From: Nemertoderma westbladi
Taxonomy: Eukaryota; Animalia; Xenacoelomorpha
Assembly (NCBI GenBank): GCA_032718475.1
Contig: JAUCBJ010004308.1
Coordinates: 1 to 46,422, forward strand
Reading direction: 5' to 3'
Length of the DNA stretch: 46,422 bases
In this document: positions 12,228 to 24,170 of the stretch, piece after piece
Numbering within the stretch: position 1 is the stretch's first letter
Layout: each line of letters begins with the position of its first letter
Program-made: the position numbers and the translations under genes
Notes under the pieces: generated by a model
What the model was told of the DNA's origin: nothing
Database searches by the model: none
What the model saw: the letters and a program-made list of their open reading frames with translations, nothing else

Positions 12228-12464
12228 AAACAGTACAGCCAGCACACAGTTCATTCATAGTGCTGCTTCTATTGGTTGTTACAGTTGTTCGTTCTTATGA
12301 TCACGATTTAGTGGAGGGAATTTTGAATAGACTATTGGTTTGATTTCTATCATGGCAAGAGGCACTGCTGCGGTGAGCAGCAGCAGAAGTAGGCCTAAAC
12401 TACTACACCGGTGCATTTCCAGTAGTCATCAACACAACCCCATGCATTAACTATTTACTCACAG

Positions 12465-12646
12465 GATATGCGTTTACTACTGTAAACATAACAGTGAATT
12501 TGCTAAAGATGATGTACGTGAATATGTCTATATGTGTGATATGAGAATAGTTGAATCGAGGATAATAACAAACTACTGGAATAAATCGAATGACCAATCA
12601 CCAGTGGTTTCTTTTATCGATAATACCTGCCGAAAGAAGGGAAGTG
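12465..12646 (+). CDS. Exon 3: sushi-like second half (ICVYYCKHNSEF...YMCDMR...YW...NTCRKKGS)
   Basis: Acceptor tttactcacag|, donor g|gtgagt; phase 2 to 1; open frame. Confidence 0.8.
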
Positions 12647-12900
12647 GTGAGTCGATATGAAATAAATATCTAATTTATTTACAAACCAATTTCTTATAAT
12701 ATTATATAGCCTAACTGTTTCTTTCTGTAGGCTATGTAGTGTAGTATCTATCTACTGTTATAAGACTAGATTACGAGGTTCTAGTGTTTCCAGTTTTGCA
12801 ACGTTTGTCAGGTTAGATCATAGTCACATAAGCAAGGTTAGGGTTAGTGGTACCTTTCGTGGCAGTGTTATTATGGTCCGACCCATAACGAAACAGCTAT

Positions 12901-14062
12901 GGGGGGCGTTCATAAAGTATGTTACTCACTAGGGGTGAGGGGGGGTTCCAGCTTGCGTGACATTTTGCGACAGAGGGGGGAGGGGGATGATGACTTTTGT
13001 GACGGTCGCAGCGATTTTCTATGCTTTAATGCGATGTTCTATGCTTGTCTTTGACTCAACATATTTGCAGTTGAGTGGGTAACTTTAACGAAAACAATAA
13101 ACTCAATAACATTGAGTATAACCCCAGCAGTAACAGGGCACCAAGGCTTGCATTATGTACAGTACTGTACTACTAAAGTATGTATACTGTATAGTCTTTT
13201 AGTAGTCCTATTACAGTACTACGCAGTAGTACGGGTATAACTGGCAGGCTGTACGGCTGATAGGCACGCTTAATCAGACAAAATGTTTCACTTTCTATTG
13301 GGCTTTCTAACTGTGAATTGCCAATAGCAGCCTACCAAACAGGAGTGTTCTATTTCAATGTGGCTGGGACCTGGTGCGGAAAAGCATTACGACCACAAAA
13401 CGGGGGGGGGGGGGGGGGGGGTTCGGATGACATGAGTGATGTTAGCGGATCCAATTCGCTGCACCACCCAGCGGAAAATGGGGAAAGTTACGATTTACCA
13501 ATTATGTTCGGCTATGTGATATTAGCAATATAATATCATATAGCGACACACCAGGGCAATATACATTGCCAACCACAGGGAGAGATGCCAGCTCATCTCA
13601 GGGCAGAGGCTAGCATATTGGCCCAGGAAAGATAGATCAGCCAATGGTGTGGCGAATTACCATCAATTAAGCATGCATTCATTGGCTAGGCCAAAGTAGC
13701 TAGGAGTTTATTGTGTGTAATTATAATATAACCGTTACCCATATTAATTGTGCTTTCAGTTGGCTATGTAGAAGTGTAGAAGTCACACGGTTTTTAACCG
13801 TCGTCGTTAACCGTGCTATTATTGTAATCTGATTGTGCTATATTAACAGAACTGCCCCAGCCTTTCAGTAGCCAAGCAGATGCGGCGACGCATATTTCCC
13901 AAGACTTAAACACACGCACTGGTCTTCGCCAACTCAGATCGCATCACAAGTGGTATTGTTTGGGGGTATAATGTAGGCCTATTAATGTGTCAGAGCGAGA
14001 GGGGGTGGTCAAAAATCGGGAAAATTTGCATTGCATGACATATTTTACGAACCCCCCCCCCC
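12901..14062. mobile_element. Non-autonomous TIR element (Harbinger-like), degenerate
   Basis: ggggggcgttcataaagtatgt at 12901 versus acatattttacgaacccccc ending 14062; GC-richer subterminal regions. TSD unclear. Confidence 0.5.
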
Positions 14063-14119
14063 ACATACTAAAGTAGTTCCATCGTGATTGATGTTGGAAA
14101 CAATTTCTGGTCTATTCAT

Positions 14120-14395
14120 CACCCATGTGAAGAATACCAGGTTTTCACTATTCGGTCGACTTTATTGGAAATTTATATATGAAGATTTTTTATTTTTTTA
14201 AACTTATCTTTATTAAGTGTTTTATAGTGCTTATTTCTGTCTTATAACCTGTAGATATACTAATTCGTTTATTGTTTTGGTCAGATTCAGCGCTTCTGTA
14301 ACCTGTGTTTTTGGTGAAAACCTGGTATACTTCACATGGGGGTAACTGCAAAGTAAAATATAACAGCAGAAAGTCTGGTATTCTTCACATGGGTC
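14120..14395. mobile_element. Mutator-like MITE, family A copy 2
   Basis: Highly similar to 905-1176 including the double right TIR; flanks ctattcat / ctattcgat (degenerate 9-bp TSD). Confidence 0.75.
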
Positions 14396-14482
14396 CTATT
14401 CGATTTAATTAGTGCTTGCAGTAATTATCTACCAGATATATATATTTTTTTTAATAAAAAGTGTGTTTTATCATTAAATAAG

Positions 14483-14630
14483 ATGACGATCATGACAGTG
14501 ATGACGACGATGATAACGCCGATCACCATGACGATGGTGATGATGAAGCCCACCCAATCTGCGTGGCACCGAAGAAGCATGACAATGAGATAGTGGAATG
14601 CAACTCGTACAACTCAGGATCTAATAGATT
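14483..14630 (+). CDS. Exon 4: Asp/His-rich linker plus start of sushi-like module 3 (DDDHDSDDDDDNADHHDDGDDEAHPICVAPKKHDNEIVECNSYNSGSNR)
   Basis: Weak aag| acceptor, donor tt|gttagt; phase 1 to 2 bridges exons 3 and 5 exactly. Confidence 0.7.
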
Positions 14631-14748
14631 GTTAGTCAACTAAGATTCGTACAATTAGATAAAGACGAATCAAATAGAATCTAATAAATTTTCCTGAACA
14701 GAATTTTAAGTTCAGCTTCTAATTAACATATAAATAATATGTTTTTAG

Positions 14749-14915
14749 GTTGTGTAGCTACCGTTGCGCATATGGGTTCAGCTACTCCAACTCATCAATC
14801 GAATCCTACCATTATGCCTGTTCGCAGAAGACCGGTACTAATATTATGTCTAGTAACACCAGGGGCAGTAGCATCCCAGAGGTTGGGAATGGCACAAGGA
14901 ATGAATGTACAAGGA
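14749..14915 (+). CDS. Exon 5: sushi-like (LCSYRCAYGFSY...YHYACSQKTG...NECTR)
   Basis: Acceptor gtttttag|, donor a|gtaagt; phase 2 to 1. The coding frame differs from the ORF listed at 14739. Confidence 0.8.
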
Positions 14916-15223
14916 GTAAGTGAACCTTATCTATGTAAATGTCTAGTAACACAAGGGGCAGTAGCATCCCAGAAAGAGGTTGGGAATGCCACGAGGAGTA
15001 AGTAAACCTTATCTATGTAAATGTCTAGTAACACAAAGGGGCAGTAGCATCCCAGAGGTTGGGAATGACACAAGGAGTAAGTAAACCTTATCTATGTAAT
15101 GTCTAGCAACACCAGGGCAGTAGCATCCCAGAGGTTGTGAATGGCACAAGGAGTAAGTAAACCATATCTATGTAAATGTCTAGTAACACCAGGGGCAGTA
15201 GCATCCCCGAGGTTGGGAATGGC
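14846..15223 (+). repeat. ~78-bp tandem repeat (4.6 copies) made of the exon 5 3' end plus its splice donor
   Basis: atgtctag..gcagtagcatccc..gg(a)gtaagt units start at 14846, 14939, 15021, 15099 and 15176. Confidence 0.9.
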
Positions 15224-15440
15224 GAACCTGAATTGCTAATGCCTAATGCCGAACCCAATTGATTCTGTTTCAATGACGTTACAGTCTTCCACAAAGCAAC
15301 CTCTTTCTTCCATGTGCTATAATTTGCTGCATCTAATACCAGTGGAACTTTCAAAGACTCAACCACGCTCTGCTATAAATGTTAGTATTAGAACTCTCTT
15401 ATTGCTATATTCAGATATTTACTAATCTTTACTATCAGCA
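15224..15440 (-). mobile_element. Ty1/copia LTR retrotransposon 5' relic (LTR end, tRNAi-Met PBS, gag start)
   Basis: Minus strand ..ctaaca-tt-tatagcagagcgtggtt (PBS resembles TGGTAGCAGAGC), then KVPLVLDAANYSTWKKEVALWKTVTSL, typical of copia gag N-termini. Right boundary approximate. Confidence 0.65.
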
Positions 15441-18400
15441 CATGCACAACCAAACACAGTATACCAGTCACCAACCTAACTAACTCACAACACTACTTCC
15501 CTACAACCTGGTACAACAGAACGGTCCCTTCACATAAAAGTACCACTAGGTATATTCCCTACATACAGTAAGCATAAACAACACATGTAGTACATACTCA
15601 CAGAAGACCTTACATCTGACAGTCGCTGGATAGATAGAGAAAAGCCCACAAGTAGAGAGCACACGTCCCCTGTAAACAAGACCTTAAAACCCATTGACAC
15701 TGACTCCTGCTATGAATTCTAGGAAATGTCCCCCAAAAGAGGCACCATTAAAAAGAAAGGGAGGGAAAAATAATAACAATGTCTTAGTTAATAAGGAAGC
15801 CCTCAAGAAGAGACTGATCAAACATAAGGGAAAACCTGCCTCTATAGGCGTACCCAGTCACAACTCCAACACCTGCCACAACAATGCAGACTCTATTAGC
15901 GACATAGAAATTATCGAATCACCAACCCCACTAACCAATACAACAGATGTTTCCCATCTTCCAAAGTCAATTGGCACACCAGGTCTCACCCAACCCTCAT
16001 CAACTGTTTGAGAGGTACTGGATTCTGAAACTGTCGAGTGGCTGGATGAATTTATTAACGTTTTCCCTGACTCCCACAATAGCTAAAATGAACAGGATAT
16101 AATCAATGCCGCAACACGTAAGCCAAGAACAACTCGCCCTACACTACTTAAACGCTATGACCCTGACTGGGCATACTTTGAGCGTGGTGTAAACCTCAGC
16201 ACCACAACCATCGACTCTTTTTATCTATTATCTCGCTAAATGTTGCCAACATGTCCTGCATAGTCTCAGCCTTATGCTTAAAACTCCGACAGGACAAGTA
16301 TGACATTGCCAGTCAATTTCATATATCACTATAACATGTGATATTGCAACCAAAGCCATAATAGTGTTTCCGGACTGCCATTCTTCCCATTTTCTTCTAC
16401 ATGTAGCAAATCTTAATGAACGATCACTATACACCCTCTGCAGCATTAGCCCCACACAGCAAGTTAGTGAAATTTCAGTTAAAATCTGTAACCTGCTCAA
16501 TACTATTGACAGAATCTTGGGAAAGTAGGACCACCCATGGACTGCCAGAAAGAACATTTCTCCCTTCCCAAGCCAAAGTAACAACCATGACTTTGGTGGA
16601 TTCTTATGTCTTTATGCACTTGCCTTAGCCACTGGCAACCAAATATTAAGACCTGAACACACCTGCAGTTCTCGTCTTCATTTATGGCTTAAAAAATTCA
16701 TAACTGACATCAAAATACCATATTTAAAACTCAACACCAACTCCATTAATTATCCAAGTAAATACACCTCAACAAAACAAAGGCTGCGGACAGGAAAGTC
16801 TCTCTTTGGCCCTAAGATTATGGCACATATTACCGAACTCTCTCAAATACCCAGGAAAGAAGCAATTCGCATAATGTCTCAATCTACTGAAGAAGTCAAC
16901 ATGTTAACTCCGGACAATCTCATGCAAGATGCAAGGAAACTTATGTCACCTGTCCAGTGTGTAACACTACAGCTCAAACCACATACATCCCTTTATTAGT
17001 TAGCCGTTGACATTCTAGAACTGCTGACATGCATACATGAACAAATTCTTACAGAACCTTATTGTAAACGGCTGCGCAAAGCCACACCATCAGGTGAAGG
17101 GGATATCACTCTGGCAGGACTTAGTAAAAGACTTAGACTTAGTATATGAACTCATCCATAACTGCAATACAGACCAGACTATGTATTCTTGAGAATGACA
17201 TTGACACACTCAAGCAGCAGAACTCTAACCTGCAAGAAGAGCTTAATCTTAAACGCAACACCAGGAAAGTTATAGAGCACTGTTTAAATGCTCTTACTGG
17301 GAAATAAACAACTCGCATCACTAACCAACAACAACTAAACAGCACCACCATAGTATGCAATAGCAAAGACCAAAACAACACTGACTTAGGGAGAATAATT
17401 ATTGCCCGCATCGTGAACCCTACACAGGTGCAGGACACAGCACCAACGAAATTGCAAACCACAAAAGAAGAGCAACAGGATCTGGTGGTAATAGATCATT
17501 GGCCCACTCCCACTTGTAAAGAAATCAACCAATCCCCTGTAACCTTACATACAGACAAACTCACAATGGTATAGGGTTGTGGAGAAACATGTCAATCAAT
17601 CCAGGAATATAATGAGACCTGGCTCACACAACTCCAAACCAACCACCCTAAGTAACAAATTTGCTCCCTGGGGAGAAAATGGTGGTCCTCTTTATAATAC
17701 TCATCTCCAACAGCTCCCAACCAAGAAGCTTCCATCCAATTATCAACCCCTAAGTTATGCCTTCTCACAACTCCATGAACAGAGTCCAGAATCAACTAAC
17801 CCAACAGCACCAAGTGCATAATGGACCGAATAACCAATCTGTTCCCCATACACCCTCTTATAAAGACAACAGAGCAAATGATCTGTATCCACCAACTACA
17901 AACTATGCAAAGGATAATCTCACCAACCACCATACAAAGGAAGCTCCCAGAGACAGAAGTCACGTAGAAAGGTTCCAATTCAAGGCCAAATCCTTCAATG
18001 GCTATTCCTTCAATCAAACTCCTAATACACACCCTTCATCAGTACCCTTTAAGCTTAAATATCAAAGCAACATCAATGATACCTGTAATTACACCAGAGC
18101 CCCCACCCCCAACCATATTCATACCTCAAACATCAAAATCAGTAACAGTGCATCTATTTATCTTACTAACATTGACCCAATTGTGTTTGATGAGGACATC
18201 AATGTATACCAAATCACAAGACGCAACCAGTTCACCCATTCTAAGATCATGCGCATCACAGTTGATAGTAAGGATGGAAACAAACTAACAATAATTTATT
18301 TTGGCCTCAAGACAACCATTGTTATACATGGACAAAGGACAGACAGAACTACTGGGAGAGGAACAATGCTCACCTTATAGGTAGAGAGGTAAACAGATGG

Positions 18401-21400
18401 ATACATAAACTAGAACATTAACAGTGGGACCAAACTGCAAACAATTGCACCCATTACTCTTGGCCATTACACAGATCTAATCAGTATCTTTAACAGTGAG
18501 TCATATATTAGCACACAACCAATGATGAAACAGTCTGGATGGAACATGGACCAAAAGGAGGCTGTGACAGTAAAATCTGACATTGATGGAGGAACCACTA
18601 GCTCTATAACCCCCCTTCCATCATAATAGGATCACTTAACACTCATGGCTTCTCATCGAACTCTACCTACATTGCTACCCTGCTCAAGTCATGTAATGTG
18701 TTGGGAATACGGGAGCACTGGTGCGATGAAGTAGAATGTCGAACCATCCTTCAGAATCTAGATGATTATTTTTACTGTGTTTTCTCAATCAGCAATCTGA
18801 TGCAGAATCCATACCGCAAACGAGGAGCTGGGGGAACTACACTTTTCTTTAGGAAAAAAATGTTTTCAAGTTAGAATGAATTATGGTCTGGGGATGACAT
18901 CTGTGGAATATAGGCACAACTACAGAATCATACAATGATACATTCGGATCATACACCCCTTGTTGCAACTATTCAGCTAAAAACTAAACTGGAGGATGGG
19001 TCAGCCTCGCACTCACAACAATCTAAATGACTAATAAAATTTGCATGGAACAAAGCAATACCAACCCAAAAACAGAAATACATGTCTTTAGTCAGTACAT
19101 CCCTCAGTGAAATTGATTGTAAGCTGGCCCAGAACCAAAGCACACTGTCCACAACCAGTTTGAATGAGAGGGCAGAATTGACACAATCAGTCATACTAAA
19201 TGCTGCTATCCAACACAATTCAATATTCAAAAATCGCAGTAAGACAACCAATATTCGTATTCGATCTAACATCCTCAAACGGCGAAGTAAAACAATAAGA
19301 GACCTTTACGAGATTTGGTGCAAGAAAGGCAAAGATCTTGAAGATCCAGTTGCAGCTGAATTCAGGGAGTCAAACCAGTCGGCACGATGCCTAAATAATT
19401 TCCTTTCTAAAAATATCACTGCCAATAATATCAATCAATGGGTCTCTCATGGTACAACAAATCCACTATATTTTTGGAGCAAGGTAAACCACAGGAAAAA
19501 GCAAGAAACAACATCACTGGAAATGCAAAGCACACTGCGATCCCACTATAACAACAAATTTAATCAAGATACAGAAAAGCTGCTCGATCCAAGAATTCAA
19601 AGTAAATTAGATGAAGACTGCAAGAAAAACCCCATGCCACACATCTCACCTCTTTCAGTAAGGCGCTCTATCATATCAATATCTACTGGAAAGTCACTGT
19701 ATATGTCATCTCTAACAATAGAGCACCTACTGCACCTCCAGCCAGACCCTGTATGTGAAATATTGGCTGACTTTGTCAATTGTTGTTTCCTACTAAAATC
19801 GGTGCCCTTTTCTTATGGAGATTCAGTCTTAAGCAGCCTATTCAAAGGCAAGCGACGGAATACCTACAACCCATCATCTTACCGGCCCATAGTATCTATC
19901 AACATTATTGCATAAATACTATAACACATCCTTATATCCAACTACCTCACAGACCTCAACAATCATAGCAACCTGATGGCTTATAAGAAGAGACATGGTA
20001 CAGATCTAGCCATTGCAACTATTCTGGAATGCATAGAGTACTACCAATCCAGGGATTCACCTTTATTTATTTGTCAATTAGACATAGAGTCTGCTTTTAA
20101 CAGCGTTGAGTACTACACACTGGTTGACAAACTCATCGAAAGCCGCATAAATCCACATATCATCTTAACAATTTTGGCCTACTACAAATCCAGTAAGATA
20201 TTCCTTAAATTCGGTGAGATGATACAAACCGATCACATTCCTGTAACGAAAGGTCTTAAACAGGGATCTCTACTGTCACCCACGTTATTGAACCTGTATA
20301 CAGCTGACATTGTTTCTGGTATACAATCGTCAGGTCTAGGATGCTATGCAGGGCCCATCTGGTTAGGAACAATGGTTTATGCAGATGACTTTCTCCTTCT
20401 CAGTACTACCGCTACAGGTCTATGCGAAATGACTGAAATACCACATAAAAAGGCAAACTCAGTCTCCCTATCAATCGAACACAGCAAAACAAAATGGATT
20501 TGGATCAGCAAACAATTCAGGAAAAGTAAAACACATGTACCATCTGTCATCAACATCAACATCAATGGAACCCGGATCACAAGAAGCTCCCACCTCACCT
20601 TTCTTGGCAACAAACTGTATGGATCTATAACATCTAGTCAGATCCTCAATGAAGCTATACAATCAATAGCGATTTTGTCCAAAACATTCCACTCACTCCA
20701 AAGGATGGACCACACTTTGGCTTTGCAGTTAGACTGTCTTTACGATTTCGTAAACAATGCCAGTCCCTGTAATTACTTATCAACTAAAGATGAACATTGG
20801 TGCTCTCAATGATACAGATCTCGGAAAATTGGACGCCTACTGCAGGAAGACTCTACGCGGTTTGCTCCATCTGGGATCATACATTAGCAACACAACTCTA
20901 CTGTTTAACTCGGTGCCTCCCTATCTCTACCGAGGCGTTCCGACAGTGTCTTGACAACTTGATGCGGGCTTTCAGTTGTCCCAACCCCACTCTGCAACTC
21001 GGATTCCGGTTGGCATTACATAGTAATGCCCACCCTAACAGTTCACACAGGGGCATCTCTTGTGGTTATGTGAAAGCAGCTATGACTTTTCCAATACCAC
21101 GTCTTTTTTCGCTATCCTCGTTCAAGAATGATACTAAACATATAACTGACCAAATCAATAATGGACACCCTACCAATAAAGACATGTTATCCTCGAACTT
21201 CGCAGAGAATTGCTTCCAACTGAAATCAACATCGCTGGACAAAAAAAGATCGAGAATAATAGATTACTTGTGTGCTATTATATAACGACTCGTACATACG
21301 ACTTACATTTCCTAGCACTGATTTCCTGTTCTGACAACTCAACGACATCAATGCCAATGTACCATCATTACCATGCTTGTACAGTACAACCTTGTAAATA

Positions 21401-21625
21401 TGTAACGATTAGTTTACCTGCACTAAATACGGTACCTCTTCTGTAATTCTGGAACAACCTGTGACCACAAACTATTATATGGATCTTATTACTGAATGTT
21501 TATTGTTTATTGATGAATTTTATTGTGCAGTGCCATAAATATTATTTAACATAATATGCAACATGTTTTTTATTTGTCAATATAATTGTCGGCTCGACTG
21601 ACTTACCCGATGAAATGAAATGAAA
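15440..21625 (+). mobile_element. Near full-length decayed LINE (RTE-X-like): ORF1 remnants, APE and RT
   Basis: APE motifs GSLNTHG (~18629), GIREHW (~18705), SDH (~18945); RT motifs SYRPI, LDIESAFNSV, GLKQGSLLSP, GCY.G..W.G.MVYADD; (tgaaa)3 tail at 21611-21625. Clade and 5' boundary are tentative. Confidence 0.85.
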
Positions 21626-21937
21626 CTCAATGGCTTCGCGGTATCCAGATGATATTCCTTTGTATGGATTTGCTGAGTTCACATAACATTGCTATTGAAG
21701 GCTAAGCGAGCCTTTGCCTTTGCCTTTGGCTTTGCCTTTAGTGGATGCTGTTCATTATATATTTATTAAGATGCGCATCGCCATGTATATTTAACGTACA
21801 ATTCAAACAGGAAAATCAAAATGTCTTAATATAATATCATGCCATATGAACGTTTACTAACATATATTCTGTACTTAATTTACCATACATCTATATTAAA
21901 TGAACCTATGTTTATCCAAGACACCTGGTTTTTTCAG

Positions 21938-22199
21938 GAGATCAACCCATTTCCCATCACTGCTCTGTTTGGGGGAAAGGAAATTATCGTAACTTCCAGG
22001 GCCAGGTCTTCCATCTACAATCCGAGTGCTCCTTCGTTTTGGCTAAAGATTGCCAATCCAACGACTTTACCATTCAAATTGAACACGAACAATGCGAATT
22101 CAAAGGGAACAACTCCTGCCATCGGAATGTTACTATATATACTTCGGGAACCAACTACTTGGGTGTTTCCGAAAAAAGGGAAACATTAGATGGTAAAGG
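21938..22199 (+). CDS. Exon 6: N-terminal part of VWD domain 1 (HCSVWGKGNYRNFQGQVFHLQSECSFVLAKDCQSNDF...)
   Basis: Acceptor ttttttcag|, donor gg|gtgagt; phase 1 to 2. The frame differs from ORF 21839..22189. Confidence 0.9.
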
Positions 22200-22759
22200 G
22201 TGAGTTACTCTTTTACACGCGAGTTAATTGCGGAATATCACTGTAACTACATCTTTCATGTCGCGCATAGCGGCGAACTGTTTCTGAACGGACTAGACAT
22301 GGGTCCCACGATCTAGGCCCTAATTATTACTTTTGTACTTATTAAAATCCTTTCGAATCTTGAGTAAGTAGGTAAAGAACGACACCCCCCTCCCCCATTA
22401 TCCCTCCCTCATTAAAGTAGAAAAAAATATCTGTTCCGTATTGTCATAATACATAAGCTATTGAGGGTGTTTTGTGGAGAGGGAAATTTTGTGGAATTTC
22501 TTAGATTAGAGCGTTATGTCTTAGGGTTAAGGTTGCATGACAGTTTAAATTAGGATTTCGGGCCGCCATTTCACTTTGAATTATGGTTTCGGACCGCCAC
22601 TCACGAAATCTGGGGTGAAAATGTTCTGGGGGGCATTCTGCGCGGGGGGGGGGGGGCATTTTCGCATGTGACACCGGCTGACCGGTATTACAAATTTAGT
22701 GTTATTTTAAAACAAATCTACCGTAATCAATACAGATTGGAATGCAGTACCGGTATTGC

Positions 22760-23408
22760 TGTGGGAAATACAGCTGAATACATCTATTTATCAATGTTTC
22801 TCATCATGAATTTAATTAATTGTGGTGTAAAAGGAGGCACAAAACTCTCCGCTTTCATATTCATATTCAATTCATATAAGCCACGTGTGAAATGATTGAG
22901 ATTTAATGTGTATTTGTATCGATTGAAAATCGGGTCAGAGTAAAACGCGGATCCGGAACCGGATCCGGATTCTACATTTAACATTGTCCCTACGGAAGTC
23001 GATTTATTTTACATTTTTAAAACTCCCAAAAATAATCCTGTTCTAATAATACCTGTTCTATTGACTTTAGATTATTGTTTTGGTTAAAATAACGTGCCAC
23101 TGTAACCTGCTCCTTTCCCTTAATTTATAATTTTGGAATCCGGATCCGCGTTTTACACCTACCCTTGAAAATCTCTCTCCCTAGAAACCAAGATAAAAAA
23201 TTATCAGAGCACTGCGTAATGACGTCAGATATGTAGCAGCCAATCACAGCCGATTCTCAAAATTGGCTTTCCGCTCTTGCTTAAACCCGCCATTTTGACC
23301 GTTTCCTCGTGTTTTTACAAAAAACACACCCGCCACTCGATTCAGGGCACCTTCTTACCCCTTATTCAATTATTTCTAGCCCAACAATTTTTTCGCGCAC
23401 CAACCCTA
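22760..23408 (+). mobile_element. Dispersed non-autonomous element (hAT-like terminus), interrupted by a MITE
   Basis: Homologous to 40883-41180 (inverted) and 41375-41465 (direct); shared end cgcgcaccaacccta. Confidence 0.65.
22932..23164. mobile_element. Mutator-like MITE, family C
   Basis: TIR gggtcagagtaaaacgcggatccgga / tccggatccgcgttttacacctaccc; perfect 9-bp TSD ttgaaaatc; empty site visible in the paralog at ~41052-41066. Confidence 0.9.
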
Positions 23409-23735
23409 TTGCACTCAAATTTGATTGTGGCTTTACAGCCAGTAGTAGAGACCCTCTTTGCCATACAATACCTTATGTATTATGTATACACCAACCATGG
23501 CGAACGTCATTCATTTTATAACGCACCGTATTGTCATGCCGATGACAATGTATTTAGTAATTCAATAACATTTAAAAAAATTAAGAGAAATGAGCCAATT
23601 TTCATTTTTTCCCGAATTCTTTTTTTCCACCCATTGCTATTATTACGCTGGTTATCAAAGGTCTTCAAATGTAAATGAAAATTATATTGTAAATCTTAAT
23701 CTTCTTTCTACAACATTGTTTTTTATTATCCACAG

Positions 23736-23877
23736 AATAACTGTGAACGGGGAAGTTGTCGAACTGCCTGTGTCTAGGGGTGGGTTTATTGTGGAGGAAG
23801 TTGCGTCATACGTTATTATTCGATCGGGTCTGGGATTCTCCATTATGTGGGATCGCCGGGATATGTTCACAGTTCAG
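23736..23877 (+). CDS. Exon 7: VWD1 middle (ITVNGEVVELPV...GLGFSIMWDRRDMFTVQ)
   Basis: Acceptor ttatccacag|, donor cag|gtgtgt; phase 2 to 0; typical VWD VNG..LP and W-D motifs. Confidence 0.9.
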
Positions 23878-24016
23878 GTGTGTGCTGCCAATAATTATAT
23901 GATCAAACAATGGCACTTTTATTTTCTAGTAAATAAATTTCCATTGATTTACAAACATAACTAAATATATTTATTGTGATATACATTATTATTATATATT
24001 TATTTCGGTTTACTAG

Positions 24017-24170
24017 GTGGAGCCGAAACTTAGAGATAAACTGTGTGGCCTTTGTGGGTCTTTCAAAGCACCTGAAATCATTCGAGATGAATATGAAAAA
24101 CTGGACGGATCGTTTACAAACAATCTGCTGCAGTTTGCAGATAGCTGGTCCATTGCTTCTTTAGGTGCAG
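24017..24170 (+). CDS. Exon 8: VWD1 C-terminus (VEPKLRDKLCGLCGSF...QFADSW)
   Basis: Acceptor ttactag|; CGLCG motif; donor cag|gttatt (an alternative same-phase donor at 24164 is possible); phase 0 to 1. Confidence 0.9.

Noticed and set aside
13402-13421. Poly-G/C runs (also ~22645, ~39683, ~42350) as functional G-quadruplexes
   Set aside because: Homopolymers within repeat relics; lengths are error-prone and nothing suggests function.
21626-21760. Minus-strand KGKGKG-like coding fragment after the LINE tail
   Set aside because: Too short and low in complexity to assign.
21839-22189. ORF-track proteins at 21839, 14739 and 38184
   Set aside because: Wrong frames; the real exons overlap them in another frame with VWD, sushi-like and VWC-like motifs and matching splice phases.
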